Assembly (NCBI GenBank): GCA_038087875.1
Contig: CM075996.1
Location: forward strand, 4,032,001 to 4,096,000
Source of the DNA: Malacoraja senta
Lineage: Eukaryota
Direction: 5' to 3'
DNA: 64,000 bases
The notes beneath the pieces were generated by a model. That model worked only from the letters and a program-made list of their open reading frames with translations. It was not told the DNA's origin and did no database searches. Position numbers and translations under genes: made by a program. Shown here piece after piece: positions 22,696 through 36,808 of this stretch (its first letter is position 1; every line of letters begins with the position of its first letter).

Positions 22696-25379
22696 AACGA
22701 GTCACTCTTCGAAGGAGAAGTTTCAAGTCCCACAAAAATCGAAGCTGTCAGTTGGAAATGGCGAGTGGTGCCTCATTCACACTTTAGCAGTTAATGTGCG
22801 GGGATACGTTAGCATTAATGTGCGGGGATCGCTGGTTGGTGTTGACTTGGTGGGCCGAATGGCCTGTTTCCGCTCTGTATCTCTAAACTAAACTAAAGGA
22901 GGGGGCATCTGATGCAAAGTAGTTGTTTTTCTAACCTACTGTAGTATCACTCTGAGCACTTTATATTACAAAGTAGTTCAGAACTCAACACACTTTTAGC
23001 TGTTAAAGAGGTTGGAGGATTTTTTTTTTTTTTAAAGGATCAAAATGCCCTGCAATGTAAACTAATCAGGTGGTCAATTAACATCACACATCATGTGTAG
23101 GAAGGAACTACAGATGCTGGTTTAAGCCGTAGACACCAAAAGCTGGAGTAACTCAGCGGGACAGGCAGCATCTCTAGAGAGAACAAATGGGTGACGTTTC
23201 GGGTCGAGATCCTTCCCCACCAAACATCACCCATTCCGTCTCTCCTGAGATGTTGCCTGTCCCGCTGAGTTACTCCAGCTTTTTAACCTCACACACCAGT
23301 CTAACTGAGGCCGCACAGGGAGCGAGAAGAATGAAGAGGATACAATCCCTCATTTGTGTTCCGATTACACACGTTGGAAGCTAACAACCTTAAAATCACT
23401 GGACAAATTAGATGCGGAACCATGAGAAATCGCTTAATCCGCCTGTTATTTATAAACTAGTCAAACAATCATCTGAGATGCTTGGGGAGACGGCACTTGG
23501 CACCATTTAATCTCCAGGCTACCCTGCTGTGTGAAACAAGACTGATGATTCAGCAAGATTGGCCCTCGGTTAAAAACAAGGCTCGTCTTAAGCGTACAGT
23601 AAGGACATTAAAAGATTTGTGGTTGCAGATGCCTGGCTGTTCTCATCAACAATTATTCCACTCAGTAATCCCAGAGGCCGATTCAAAAGCATAATTATGA
23701 GCACACTATTTAAAAAAAAAGCACCAGCCTGGCCTTGGAGACAGAGAGTGATCTCAGCAGAGGTTGGAAGCTTCTAGTTTGATGTTGCACAGTCCATGCT
23801 CGTTGCTCCCAGTGGAAGGAACATCAAGCAACCTCTGGGGATTTTAAATACGGGGAGCCCTTGGTGACACCTCAAAAGATAGAGGCAGTCACCATGTCAA
23901 AACAGTGTTCCGCTCCGATGAATAGTTCACAAACCGAGTGGGCTATAAAGTGAAGAGAGGAGCAAAAACAGCCTGGGGGGGAAAGAGGATCACAGAAGCA
24001 GCTGTCATGGGAGACAAACAGATGCAGAGGGAGCAGCCGGCCATCTACATGGACCATGTATGGCACAACCAGGGACTTGTTTGCAATGTGCAGGAAGGAA
24101 CTACAGATGGTGGTTAAAACCGTAGACACAAACAAGCTGAAGCGGGACAGGCAGCATCTCTGGAGACAAGGAACAGATGACGTTGTGGGTCGAGACCCCT
24201 CTTCAGACCACTGTGTTTCGCATTTACATCTTGCTCTTTGCAGCCTCTCTCTTTTCACCGTCTTGAAAAATGTGAGTTCGATGTACATTTTGTTTCATGT
24301 GCTGTCTGGAGCTCTGTGCCTGTGTTGTGGCTGCTGAAAGCTAGCTTTTCTCTGTACCTGCATCTCACTGTGCTCGAGCCTTGGATAATAAACTCATTTT
24401 GTTACCTACCATTCCCGTTTCAGCAGTATCGCAAAGATCCAATTGAGTTATTGGTTACTACATCAATAAGCCTTAGCATGCAGGGGCCAGAAACATAGCT
24501 GCGTCACAGTTCATGACCCGTGGTCAATTGATTCTCGTGTGGAGTTTGCACAACACGATAGAACGCAATTCATCCCAGGAGGAAAATTGATCTGCCAACA
24601 GTCATAAACCACAAGATACATGAAATTAAAGTGACCAGTGGAAAGGATTGGGGATGTGCAAAGATTGGGGAGGGTGGGGGGGAGTCAGTCTACCTCACAA
24701 CAGAAGGGGAGAAGTTTTACAGGTACACAAAGATGGAGTTACGGAGGGAGCGGTCTTTGCGGAAGGCAGACATGGGGGGAGATGGGAAGATGTGGCGAGT
24801 GGTGGGGTCACGTTGGAGGTGGCCAAACTGACGGAGGATCACTTGTTGTATGTGTTTTAGAAGTTGTACAGTTTGATAGCCCCAGGGAAAGGGATCTCCT
24901 GTGGCGTTCTGTGCTGCATCTTGGTGGAACCAGTCTGGTGCTGAAGGAGCTCCTCAGGTCGTGGACCTTCTGTGACTACATGGGATTCCGCCAGAATTCC
25001 AGCTTCCTCACCCATCCCAAAGACAGTCAGTAGGTTAATGAGGTGGAGATGTATTCAAGAGAGTTAGATGTAGCTCTTAGGGCTAACGGAATCAAGGAAT
25101 CTGGAGAGAAAGCAGGAACGGGCTACTGATTTTGGATGATCAGTCATGATCATATTGAATGGTGGTGCTGGCTCGAAGGGCCGAATGGCCTACTCCTGCA
25201 TCTGCCTTCTATGTTTCTATGTGTAAACCAGCATCTGCAGTTCCTTCTTACACGGTACCCTTATATGTTCTGAGGCTGGGCAGAGACAATAGCATCAAGG
25301 CAATGTTCTGTGGCTGGGCAGAGACAATAGCATCAAGTAACAAATTATCGCGAAGGTGGTGTTGAAAGAATTACAAGTC

Positions 25380-28300
25380 ACACCCGTAATAATCACTTGA
25401 CTTTATTCTTTAAAAAAAATTAGCCATATTCTTTTGTCAGTTTCTCACCATTTTCTGTTCACATTTCCAGCAGCAATTGTCTCGTTAGTTAGTTAAACAT
25501 CTCCAAAAGCAAAAAAACAACAGGTTTACTTAGGAGACCTCTGAAGTTGCAGAGTTCTGCTGTGAACACATGCATGGCAGCGCCCTTGCTCAGCAGCAGA
25601 CACTTCTGCATTATTCAGTATCAAGGTGATTTAAAATGTCCAGTTTTCCTTTTCAAGTCCTTCTGAATGACACTCCAGCTACAAGATGTGTGGGGGGGGG
25701 GGGGGGGGGGGGGGGCAGATGTATAGGGTGGCACATCCAGAAAAAAAGAGCCCAATTGATATGAAGAAAACTTTGGAAACAGTAGCAATCCTAAAGAGGG
25801 TGGAGTATTTCTTATTCCTGACTGAAGTTCCTTCAAAATAACTCGGGGGAGAGACAGTCTGAAACTATAGATGGACCAAACGTGTTCCCATCCCTATTTG
25901 CCCCAATTCCTTTAAAACCAGAAAATTTAAGCATTAAAAAAAAAAAGATTGGCTAGCTGAAAGTGAAACAAAAAATAGAGGGGGGTCACCCACATGTGAT
26001 AGTAACTGAAAGAAGGGCCCCAATTCCAGCCAGTATAAAAACTAACCAAGGACCAGATGTTGAGGATTTGATCAGAGTTCAAAAACTAAGCAGAATTCAG
26101 AGTCTTTAACACAACACTGCAGGAAGTGGCAGAGATCTCTCCAACGAGGGAAACTCATTAACCACTGCCTCAACGCTGCGTCCGAGACAACACACAGCTC
26201 TATTGGAGTGGTGGATCGGCACAGATTAAAATAGGGGAAAGACATTCTGCAGTTCTCCAACTTACTTTCTGCCCACCCAACTCTACAAGGGGAATCCTTC
26301 ACTACTGCGCTCACATGGTCGACTGGTCAGCTCAAGTTAACACTGCAGGAATTAACAAAAAAAAGTGGCAGAGAGAGATCACAGTTGAACTTTATTTTTC
26401 ACCAGGAGCTCAATTGCCAGAGGCCTACATTTTAAAATAGACAGATTGCCATTTTATAACAGACAGGGACTGTACACAATGAGCCCCTTATACTGTAATG
26501 GAGCCTTTAGATGTCGGCCCAAATCTTTTCCCCACCCCCTTCAATGAGAGAAAAAATATGGATGGAAAAGTGTTTCTCCTTCTAGGTGCTTAATAACAGC
26601 CAACTAAATTTATTTTTTATAAAGCGTTGTTTTAAGGATTAAGCGAAATTTTGGCCAGAACAGAATTTAGCGAGAGATTTCACACAGCTTTTAAACAGAA
26701 ACTGGGCTTCAAAAGTCACAACTGCGGAGCAAGTCTAGCTGTTCTAGTTTCATATTCCTTCCCTCCCTCCAACATCACCACTGTGCAGCCAGACCCGACT
26801 CCACTCATGTTTCCACTGGAGTCTGTAGTACAACTACCCACGGCCCCACTTCACGGCTGGCTGGAGCCGACAGCAGATGTGGGTTTACGAGGCAGGAATC
26901 GCAGAGGAATTCTAGCTGCAGAATGAAACTGGAAGGCTGCACTGGGCAAATATGCTCAGTCGGCGAGGAGAGGGAGGCAAGCCTTGTGTGAAACAGCGTG
27001 GAAGCAGCCAGACACCATTTGTGAAGGCAAATCCCAACTGCATGAATGCCAAGAGCCAGCAATCACTACACAGTCACATCGGCCCAACCCACAGGACAAA
27101 GGCATCACATTGTCACATCAATGGAACCCGTTTGGGTGACTGCAGGGTCGTACGAAGGATGTGCCAGCTGTACTAGGCCAAAAGTCTTTTCCAATTCTGC
27201 CCTTGCGTGGAATGGCAGCGTTTTGTGGAAGGGGGCTAAATCTTTCAAACACACTCTTCCCAATCAGGGCCTAATCAGTCATATTCGGAGATCCATCAGT
27301 CACGGTTTGCACATTCCTCTCTACAAAGGAGGATTGGCCAAGTGTGGCCCATATGGAAACACTGAACGTGAACTGCAAGGAAAATTGTAACACGAACTGC
27401 CACGCTCATCTCACAGCCCCCACCTCTCGATCACCCAGGCAAGAGGCTGGAGAGAAAGCAGCCACAGTCGAAGAGCTCGGCAAAAAAAAAAAAAAGATTG
27501 CTGGAATTAAATTTCCTTGGATGCTCTCCCATGTGGGAGCTGGAATCCAAACTGATGTCCAGGGACAGCTGCAGCAAGTCAACGGTGCGGTGTGCTCATA
27601 CGCAACAGGAACTCCATTCAGGATTTGTGCATCCATCTCAAGAGCAGGCCAGTCTTACGGGGAATGTTTTATCAGATAGTCAATTGTCGGATCCAGTGAT
27701 TAAATACAAAGGAGAATCAGACCAACTTTTTTGGGACTCATACCAGTGATCTTTACGTTTGAAATTTGTTGGTGCTTTTTCATTCTTTGGCTGCAAACCA
27801 AGTAAAAAGAGTAAAGAATCCACCTTCACTGGTGGGAAGTGATAGAGATGTTGACAACACCCAATGTGCGAGAAAGAACTGCAGATGCTGGATAAAATCC
27901 AAAGGTAGATGCAAATTGCTGGAGTAACTCAGTGGGCGAGGCAGCATCTATGGAGAGAAGGGGTGACGTTTCAGGTCGACGTTGAAGAAGGGTCTCGACC
28001 CGAAACGTCACCCATTCCTTCTCTACATAGCCGCTGCCTCACCAACTGAGTTACTCCAGCATTGTGTCCACCTTTGACAACACCCAATGCATTCCGATAT
28101 GACCATTTAACAAAACGGAAACACGGTTGCTATTCCTCCATCCCCAAAACGCTTCCACGCTGGCAGCCCAGACATTTCTAGCCCCTGTCTCGAGACCGAC
28201 TGGATGGCAACAAGGCTGGTTCTGTAGAAGGCAGAGGCAATGACAGAATGGGAGGGGGCGAGGCTAACCCGATCTTCTACAACTTTCACCGATACAAGCC

Positions 28301-30149
28301 AGCACAATAACACCACTGTAGCCAGCCTGAAATGAAACAAGGAAAAGAAAAAACCCACGCAGCAGCTCCCAAACCACAAATAAAAAAAGGCATCACACAA
28401 GCCATTTAGGTTTATAAACAGGTGGCCACAGCACACTGTGCAAGGTCAGCCAACAAGCCAGGCAAACAGAAAGGGAAATCAATTCAACATTTGCATTGCA
28501 AAGCCTTTCTTCAGCTGGGAGCAGAAAAACAGTTTTTTTTAAAGAAAACAAAAAGATAGGCTGCAGCGACTGTTGGAGGGGTCTGGAGTTGTTTGAAAGG
28601 AGACGAGAGCTTTCTTTATAATTTTAAGACAGGAACAAGCAGCATTCAGTTCCTATGGCAACCTGTGCAAAGGCAGCATCTTAAGCAAGATGCAACAGGC
28701 CCCTCATGCTGCAGTTGACAATTCCCAGCCAAACTGTGCTGGCATTGACCAGCAAGACAGTTACTTTGACAAGAATCGTGCATGGCAAGCATCGCCACGC
28801 ACGATAAAGTCAACGGTTAAAGGCCATAAAATGTCCTCCATTTTAATTTAAACACGGGCACAAAAGCGTGCACCGCCGATCTAATGCTGCGGGCTCCTCG
28901 ATTCAGAGGATTGGAATCACTTTGTGTTCATGGGACTGGGCTGCAGAGAATGGAGCAGTGCAGTTCCATCGTACCCAAGATATCCGCTGTGAGACACGTC
29001 TCAAAAGAAGCTGGGTGACCATATATATGCACCACAGGGTGGCACAGAACCAACATGGCAGCCTCCAAGGCAAAGCCAGCTGATGGCATCCATTTGACAA
29101 ACCACCTGCATACACACTGCAGTACGTTTTATCAGGTCACCTGAAGGAGGCGCCATCATAGGATGCTGAATAAAGAGGCAAAGAACCGCAAGACATGTAA
29201 CGGAAGGATCAATGCCAAATCGGGACACCGGGAACACAATTATTTATCTCGAATTAACCAAAAAAACAAGTCAGTCTCACTGCCATAACAAAATGAATCC
29301 TATTTCAGGAGTCGCTTGGATTTTAAGATTTACTGGGGGAAGTATTACTGAGGGAAGTACGTAGTTTAAAAATAAACACTTAAAAAAAAAACAAAAAAAA
29401 AGCATTATCAAGCAGGCAAATTCCATAATTTCTTCCAGAAATGATCAGATCCTTGAAATGTGGTTTCGAACAATGTGACTGGGTTACATTCTCAGTTGGC
29501 AGCAGGGGCAGCACGCACTAATAAAATGTTTGAAGGATCCTGTTCCTAATCTAATGCAGACTGCTGACTACACACGTGTCAGCACAGCACAAAGCTTCAC
29601 CGACAAGGTTAGGGAGGGGCGATTTGAGGGGAAAAAGGGACTGTACAGTGGGTGCTTGATATTCCATGCAAGGAGATTATACCCTCCCTTCAAAAGGAAA
29701 TAAAAAGTTAAAAATTCTGGTCTTCGATAGAATGAACGACCAAGGTTTCAAATAGATTCCAAGTTGGATCTCCAACCTCAACCAGCTGTCAACATTCTTG
29801 CTCGAGCACAGTGAAGGGAGCCAGTTAGGTTGTTTAAAAGCTGCGGGCGCATATTGAAAAAGGAGAAAGACCTACAAGTTAGGACAAAGGCAGATTCTTG
29901 GAACAATGCTTTTATCAGAAATATACTATAAAGTTTATACTTTTCCTTCAGCACAAAAAAAAAAGTTACAGAATCAACCTGAACCAGTCTTGTCATTCAC
30001 AACCTTAAATGCTACATGTAGTGCTATGGATTGCCACAGGCTTCTGGCCAGTAAGATCTTGCTTCACGGGAAGCATCTCTGTAGTGTTGGGTGGTGTTGA
30101 GGCCGTTTTGGGGGTGACAGGGGAGGGAGGGAGGGATCGAAAAGTGCTT
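25380..30149 (-). other. AKT1S1: Putative long 3' UTR of AKT1S1 with tandem poly(A) signals
   Basis: TE-poor unique sequence after the stop; minus-strand AATAAA at 26391-26396 and 25402-25407. Confidence 0.5.
27867..28073 (-). mobile_element. Fold-back PLE terminal-repeat insertion with 16-bp TSD
   Basis: TTGACAACACCCAATG at 27851-27866 and 28074-28089. Confidence 0.85.
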
Positions 30150-30293
30150 TTAATACTTCCGATAGGGCTTCTGAAAGTCGCCAGTGTTGAGTCGAGGTCG
30201 AGGTAGGTCGCCAAACATCTCGGTGCCGTCCGTCACGCTCATGGTCAAGGCTTTCATGCTGGCAGCAATCTTGTCCAAGTCCGGCGAAGGCAA
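30150..30293 (-). CDS. AKT1S1: AKT1S1/PRAS40 last coding exon [16 protein letters not shown]...[21 protein letters not shown]
   Basis: cag|TTG...TAA, 144 nt; Akt site RPRLNT (human T246 equivalent). Confidence 0.97.
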   Translation of the reverse strand: MPSPDLDKIAASMKALTMSVTDGTEMFGDLPRPRLNTGDFQKPYRKY

Positions 30294-31023
30294 CTGAAGG
30301 CAGGAAGAAAAAGGTAGTCAGTCACAAGCCAGTGGCAAGAAAATCAGCCAGGGTCCTCATAGAATTCACTGCACCCAAAGTCAGTGACAATAAGCGAGTT
30401 CGGTATTCCGAAAAGTCTACAAAGACATTTAATTTTCCTGAATTCCATTTGCTGGTGTGATTTGTGCTTTCCTTTGCAAATTGTGCCAAAAATAAACCAG
30501 CAGCAACTAATTGGGAAGGTTAAGTGTTGAACTCCAGGTACATTTCAATCTTTTCACTCACTAACTTCATTGGTTGAAATGCATGGGATGTTCTTTACAC
30601 TTGAAGTGTAGGCACCATTGTTTCCCATTGCTGATTGCCCTGAAGTTTGAAGAACGACATGGTCCCTGGATTCCATTGGGGTCAATTGATAAGTCAACTA
30701 TATCAGTTGGATTGGGATTGGGCAGGCAGACCTCAGAATCACAGTGGTTGTACGCTAGAAAGAGGTAATTTGGCCCTACAAATCTTTACTGGCTTCATGC
30801 TCAAGTAATCCAACTAGTCCTGCTCCAAACTCATCACCCCGCCCCCCCAATCCAGCTTTTTGGACATTGCACCAAAATATCTTGCAGTGCATTCCACACC
30901 CTTTCCAAAAAGGCCAAACGGCTTAATGTCCATTTGATGGTCAGTTTTATTGATGACATTTAATAAATAAACCTTCAGTGTACTAGTACACTTCAAGCTT
31001 GCTGGAGAGAGAATACATCTTAC

Positions 31024-31178
31024 CCGTTCCTCATTATCCCCATCGTGAAACTTCTTTGGCTTCAGGTCCTTGAATCCCCAAATGGGCACTGACACAGGCA
31101 AGGACTTGGCATACTGATGACACATTGTTTGAGATAGAGATTGTGGACGGACTGGAAGTTCTTCACTCAAACTGCCAT
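31024..31178 (-). CDS. AKT1S1: AKT1S1 coding exon 3 (D)GSLSEE...QYAKSLPVSVPIWGFK...EER
   Basis: cag|AT...CGG|gtaag, 155 nt phase 1-0; YAKSLPVSVP motif (S183 equivalent). Confidence 0.95.
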
Positions 31179-31384
31179 CTGCAAGGCATGGGCGGGGGGG
31201 GGGGGGGGGGGGGAAGGGAGAAAGGAAAGGCATCCATTAGCCACAAGATACTGCAGTACTCAGAGCCGCACAACACCACATTCAGGTACACAGTAACCAA
31301 TGTCCCACGTACGAGTGTGGTCTCTTGTCAAACGCATCTCAACTCTACCCGCATTCATACTATGCACTTTTACCAGAGGGATTA

Positions 31385-31775
31385 TGAATGAATGAATGAA
31401 TACTTTATTGTCATTATAACATGTAAACATGTACAACGAAATTAAAAATGCCAACCAGTCAGTGCACCATTCACACATTATCTAAAAGCTAACGATACGT
31501 AAAAGAGAAATGTCTAAAATAAACAACTAAAATAAATAACATGAAAAAAAACAAGCATAGACACACAACCATACATTCTTCTGTCGATTTCACAATCCCT
31601 TTGGTACATAGCACACCTGCGCTCATTTGGTGGCTACATTAAGTGTAGTTATTGCTGTGGGATAAAAACTGTTTTTGAGTCTGTTTGTCCTTGTCCTCAT
31701 TGATCTGTACCGTCTGCCTGACGGCAACAGTTCAAACAGGGAGTGTCCGGGGTGGAAAATGTCCTTTATGATGTT
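31385..31775 (-). mobile_element. Rex1/Babar-type LINE 3' end with (TTCA)n tail
   Basis: [32 protein letters not shown] plus microsatellite tail. Confidence 0.75.
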
Positions 31776-31794
31776 CCATTAGAAGTGTTTAGAG

Positions 31795-32955
31795 ATAATA
31801 ATAATAATAATAATATCTTTTATTGTCATTGCACGTCAGTGCAACGAGATTTAGTAAGCAGCTCCACCGATGTACAAGAAAAGTAAAATAAATAAATAAG
31901 CAAGCTGAGTGACGTGACCATCCGAGGGAGACTGTCCAGGGGGGGCACTCAGCAGGGCCGGTTCAGAGCCGCTATAGCTCTTGGAATAAAGCTGTTTCTG
32001 AGTCTGGAGGTTCGGGCGTAGAAGGCCTTGTAACGTCTGCCGGAGGGAAGTAGTTCAAACAGTCCGTTACAAGGGTGTGATGAGTCCTTATGGATGCTGA
32101 CGGCCTTCCTGAGGCACCGTGTGTGGTAGATGCCCTCCAAGGCTGGTAGCTCTGTCCCAATGATCCTCTGCCCTCTGTGGACGACGCGCTGAAGAGCTCC
32201 CCTCTCCGCCTCCGTGCAGCTGAGATAGCGCACAGAGATGCCATACGTTAATATGCTCTCTGTGGTGCAGCGGTAGAACGTTGTCAGCAGCTGTTGGGGC
32301 AGACCAGTCTTTTTTAATGTCCTCAGGAAGAACAGTCGTTGCTGTGCCTTCTTGACCAGCGCAGCGGTGTTGGTGGACCATGTGAGGTCCTCTGAAATGT
32401 GAGTGCCCAGAAACTTAAAGCTGGACACTCTCTCCACACTTTCCCCGTAAATGGAGATTGGGGCGTATTCTCCATTATGGGACCTCCTGAAGTCAATAAT
32501 CAGCTCCTTGATCTTAGAGGTGTTTAGTGACAAGTTGTTATGAGCGCACCAGTCCGCCAGGTTCTGCACCTCCGCTCTGTATTTTGTTTCATCACCGTTG
32601 GTGATCAGCCCAATCACTGTTGTGTCGTCTGCAAACTTCACGATGGTGTTGGTGTCGAATGCAGGGACACAGTCGTGAGTGAAGAGGGAGGAGAGCATGG
32701 GGCTTAGTACACAGCCCTGTGGTGTGCCGGTGCTCAGGGTGATAGTGGAGGACAGGTGCGGGCCCAGTCTCACTGCCTGCGGTCGCTCCGTCAGAAAGTT
32801 CAGGATCCAATCGCATATCGGCGAGCTGAGGCCTAGCTGGTGGAGTTTGGTGGTGAGCTTGGTGAGGATGTACGTATTGAATGCAGAGCTATAGTCAATG
32901 AAGAGCATCCTCACATACGTGCCCTGTCTGTCCAGGTGAGTCAGGACAGTGTGAA
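31795..32955 (-). mobile_element. 5'-truncated Rex1/Babar LINE with open RT C-terminal ORF (321 aa)
   Basis: [32 protein letters not shown] motifs; (ATT)n tail. Confidence 0.93.
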
Positions 32956-33088
32956 GATAAGGCCCTTCGGCCCACCGAGTACTAATTATGTACGCTCAGG
33001 GCGGCACAGTACTGCACTAGAGACCTGGGTATGGGTGCTGTCTGTATGAAGTTTGTACATTCTCCCCGCGACTGTGGTTTTTTAAAAG

Positions 33089-33485
33089 TTTTTTTTTTTT
33101 TTAATTTATTTTTATTAGAAGCAATTGTACAAGCATAAGGCGATCGGCATAACAATTATTGTACAGCTTCATTTTTAACCTTACCTAAATTTAAAAAAAA
33201 ATTAAAAAAGGAAAACAAAGAAAGAAAAGAATGAAGAAAAAAGAAATAAAATACAAAAGAGCAGGAAACACACCCCTAAGCTGTCAAAGCAGTGCAGAAG
33301 AAAAGAGAGGAAATAAGAAAAGATGGAGATATACCTTCCCCACCCCTAGCGTCGGATTTAAATTTGTGTTTCACCATTCTGTTATTGCAGAAATTCAGTA
33401 AAAGGTAACCATGTCTTAAGAAATTGATCTGTTTTTTCCACCAAGACAAGCCTAATGTTTTCCAAATGTAGTGTCTCGGACATAT
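33089..33485 (-). mobile_element. L1-clade LINE 3' end with poly(A), inserted in an HE1-like SINE
   Basis: MSETLHLENIRL...QFLKTWLPFTEFLQ*; poly(T) on +; SINE halves on both sides. Confidence 0.7.
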
Positions 33486-34060
33486 CTCTGGATCCTCCGG
33501 TTTCATCGAACACTCCAAAGACGTGCAGGTTTGTAGGTCAATTGGCTTTTATAAAATGGTAAGTTGTCCCTAGTGTGCACAGGAAAGTGTTAGTTTACGA
33601 GGTGAAACCTGCTATAGGCACAGATTTGGTGGGCTGAAGGGCCCCATTTCTGCAATGCATCTCTAAAGTCTATAGAGTCCACTCCAATCAATGATCACTC
33701 GAACACTGGTTCTATCCTACACATTGGGGACAATTTGCAGAAGCCAATTAGCCTACAAATCGGACAGCCTTTGGGAAGTGGAAGCAAACAGGAGCAACCG
33801 GAGAAAATACAAGCAGCCGCAAGGAGAACATACACACAGCACCCTTAGTCGGAATCAAGGCCAGGTCTCTGGCGATGGAAGGCAGCAGGTCTACCAGCCG
33901 CGCCACCGTGCCATCCTGCTCTCAAACCAATTTTTGAAGTGCAGGGGAGGGGACCAGTGAGCCACTGCTAGCAACATTACCCAGAGTAAACACAGCACTC
34001 TCCTACCCATTTGGCCTTTACTCCATTCTACATGGCTTGCAGTTTGCCCTGGAGACTTAC

Positions 34061-34144
34061 CATCTGTGCTCTCACCATCCAAATCAGATTCAAAGAAGGG
34101 CTCACAATCCTGACTGGTCGATTCTTCGTCCATCGTGAAAATAG
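34061..34144 (-). CDS. AKT1S1: AKT1S1 coding exon 2 with TOS motif (A)IFTMDEESTSQDCEPFFESDLDGESTD
   Basis: cag|CT...G|gtaag, 84 nt phase 1-1; FTMDE corresponds to human FVMDE. Confidence 0.93.
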
Positions 34145-36808
34145 CTGGAGAAGGAGGGGAAAAGAGAAACAAATTAACACAATGTGGTGTCAACGGCTAG
34201 AGTATAGCCTTCAAAGAGTATGGACATCAACAAATGAGCGGTAGGGCCAACGGAAGAGGGCTATGGCAAAATAAATGTGAACATGAACGATTGACAATTT
34301 TAATGCAGGTTTGCAGACAACACCACTATGGTGGGCAGAATCATGAATAAGGATGAGACCGAGTACAGGAAGGAGATAGAGAACTTAGTGACACGGTGTC
34401 AGGGCAGTAACCTTTAAAGAAAGGTTAAACTACCGAGAGACTACTAAGTTTAGAAGAACGTGCGCCCCTTGGAGGCAGCTAGACAGGGTGAATGTTGCGA
34501 GGGTATTTCCTCTCACAGGAGAGTTCTGAACTAGAGGACAGGGTCTCAGAAGAAGTTGGAACCCACTAAAGACAAAGACAAGGAAGAATCTCTCTTAAAA
34601 GGTTGCAGGTCCTTAGAGCTCCTTGCCGCAGAGCTGTGGGTGGTCTTCAGGTACACGTGGGTAATAAGAATGAACTTGTAATCATTTAGAAGGAAATATT
34701 CAATCAGGGAATCAAGGATTATTGGGGGGAAAAGGGCAGGAAAGTGGACTGAGAGAATGTCAGATCATGATCTTATTGAATGCAGAACAGGCTCAAGGGG
34801 GTTCACAGCCAGCTCCTGTTCCTGCATTTCATGGTCTAATGGATTTGTACCTAGTACAAGACGATTAGTGGGGAAAGACGGCAGTCTTACTGGGAAGTGA
34901 ACAAGGAATATTATTAATTAGAAAGGATATTCTGGGACACGACCTTTTAGCAAGTTGGGAAGGTTGGGGGCGGTGGGAGAGCAGCAGGCACATGGTTGGT
35001 CAGGGATTGTTTAATCAGACAGCTTAAAGTGCCTTTATTTAAATCTGGCTCATGTTAAAAGGGCATGCAAGCTGTTGTAGCTTATTCCTGATCTCTATTG
35101 AAAGATGACCCAGTGTTATGCAGCTTACATCACATCTCTCAGCAAGGAAATCCAATTCAGTACAGACAGGATGCTAGCACCTCAGGAAAAATAGAGCCTG
35201 TGGATCAGTTACTGCCAACGACACTGGAAACTGTACTGTATGCATGTACGAGCATTATGATATCATTCCGCTTCTTTGGGGGATTTGCTTTATGAATAGG
35301 AATTCTGGATCAAATCTCAATTCACAACTGGTCGGTCAGTTTAACACAGACAGACACACAACACCCAGCTCTGTATAGAAAGAAAATGAAGGTCGCCAAA
35401 ATGAAATCAGAAAAGCATTGAGAAATAGGAGGGAGTGAGAGTGACTGGACTACTCCCAGAAGAATAGTCTAGTCTCCACCCGAAACGTCACCCATTCCTT
35501 CTATCCAGAGATGCTGCCCGTCCCGATGAGTTACTCCAGCATTTTGTGTCTATCTTTGGACTATTCTGCCCCCAGCTTGATGGCCTCTTTTCAGTGTTGT
35601 GGCATTTTGAGATTCTGTAATAGTTCTAGCAAGGCAACTAATCACATAGATATCACCATCAGCTTCTGTTAGGTACATTTGTGGATTCATAAATTGAGAA
35701 TCACTAGCAAGGCCATTCTAAAGTAATCCACTGAGCAAGGCCCACATCAGTCTTAAAATCATTTGTAAAACAATGCCTGGATTTTCACTTCCACTGTTCT
35801 GTCCAAACCCAATGCCTTGCAAACTCACGGGTGAGATGCTTCACAGCCCACAGACCCTCCCCTCTCAACCATTTTTGGCATCATCTCCAATCGTCTCCCT
35901 AAAGGCTAGAACCTTATGGCACTACCAGTGAGGACAAAAATACAGCCCAATTCTGCAGTGCAATGCAACAGAAACAGGGCTCGGTTGAACATTTTCTCGT
36001 AACCCATCAAATCAAGGCTCTGCCAGCTCTCAGGGTGACTAAGCTCGACTGGTGTCCGGATCCAAATATTTATCAGTCACAGTATCCAATTGAGAAGACC
36101 ATCCTTGCATAAACTACGACCGCATCTCAAACCCCTTTCCTCCCAAAATCCCTTGTCATTGACTTATCTATTGGCCACAATGAATTCTATATTGTTACCT
36201 CAAGTGTAGTTTAGAGATACAACATGGAGACAGGCCCTTTGGCCCACCGTGTCCACGCCGGCCATCTATCACCCATTTGCACTAGTTTATCCACTTTCTC
36301 ATTCACTCCTTACACATTACGGGCAATTTTGTAGATAAGCCAATTAACCTACAAACCGCACGTGGGAGGAAACTGGAACTCCTGGAGGAAATCCATGGGA
36401 TTACAGGGAAAAGATGCAAACTCCACACAGTCGGCAGCAGAGGTCAGGATCGAGCCAGATTTTCTGACGCCGTGAGGCAGCAGCTCAACCTGCTGCTACG
36501 TCAACTTCATGTAGTTTCCTGCAATCCAGAACTAAATTAATGCTCTTCCTGGGGATTAAAATGTGTTTCATAGTTGTCGACACTACCGAAAATCAAAATG
36601 AAAAACATCGAGGAAAAATCCTATCTAGTCTTATTGTAAAAAATTTGACCAAAAACCAATTAATATGTTTCCAACAGAAATTTGCGAGTTGTTCTCATTG
36701 AATTTTTTTTTTTTAAATCAGCAAAAAGTTAACATTTATACAAGTATAAATATCTTTTCATGTTGCACTACAAACACAACAGTTGACTGTGGCTGTGGAG
36801 TACTTTAC

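Noticed and set aside
25692..25715. Poly-G run (also ~21402, 31195, 40726) as G-quadruplex elements
   Set aside because: Homopolymers with uncertain length and no additional evidence of function
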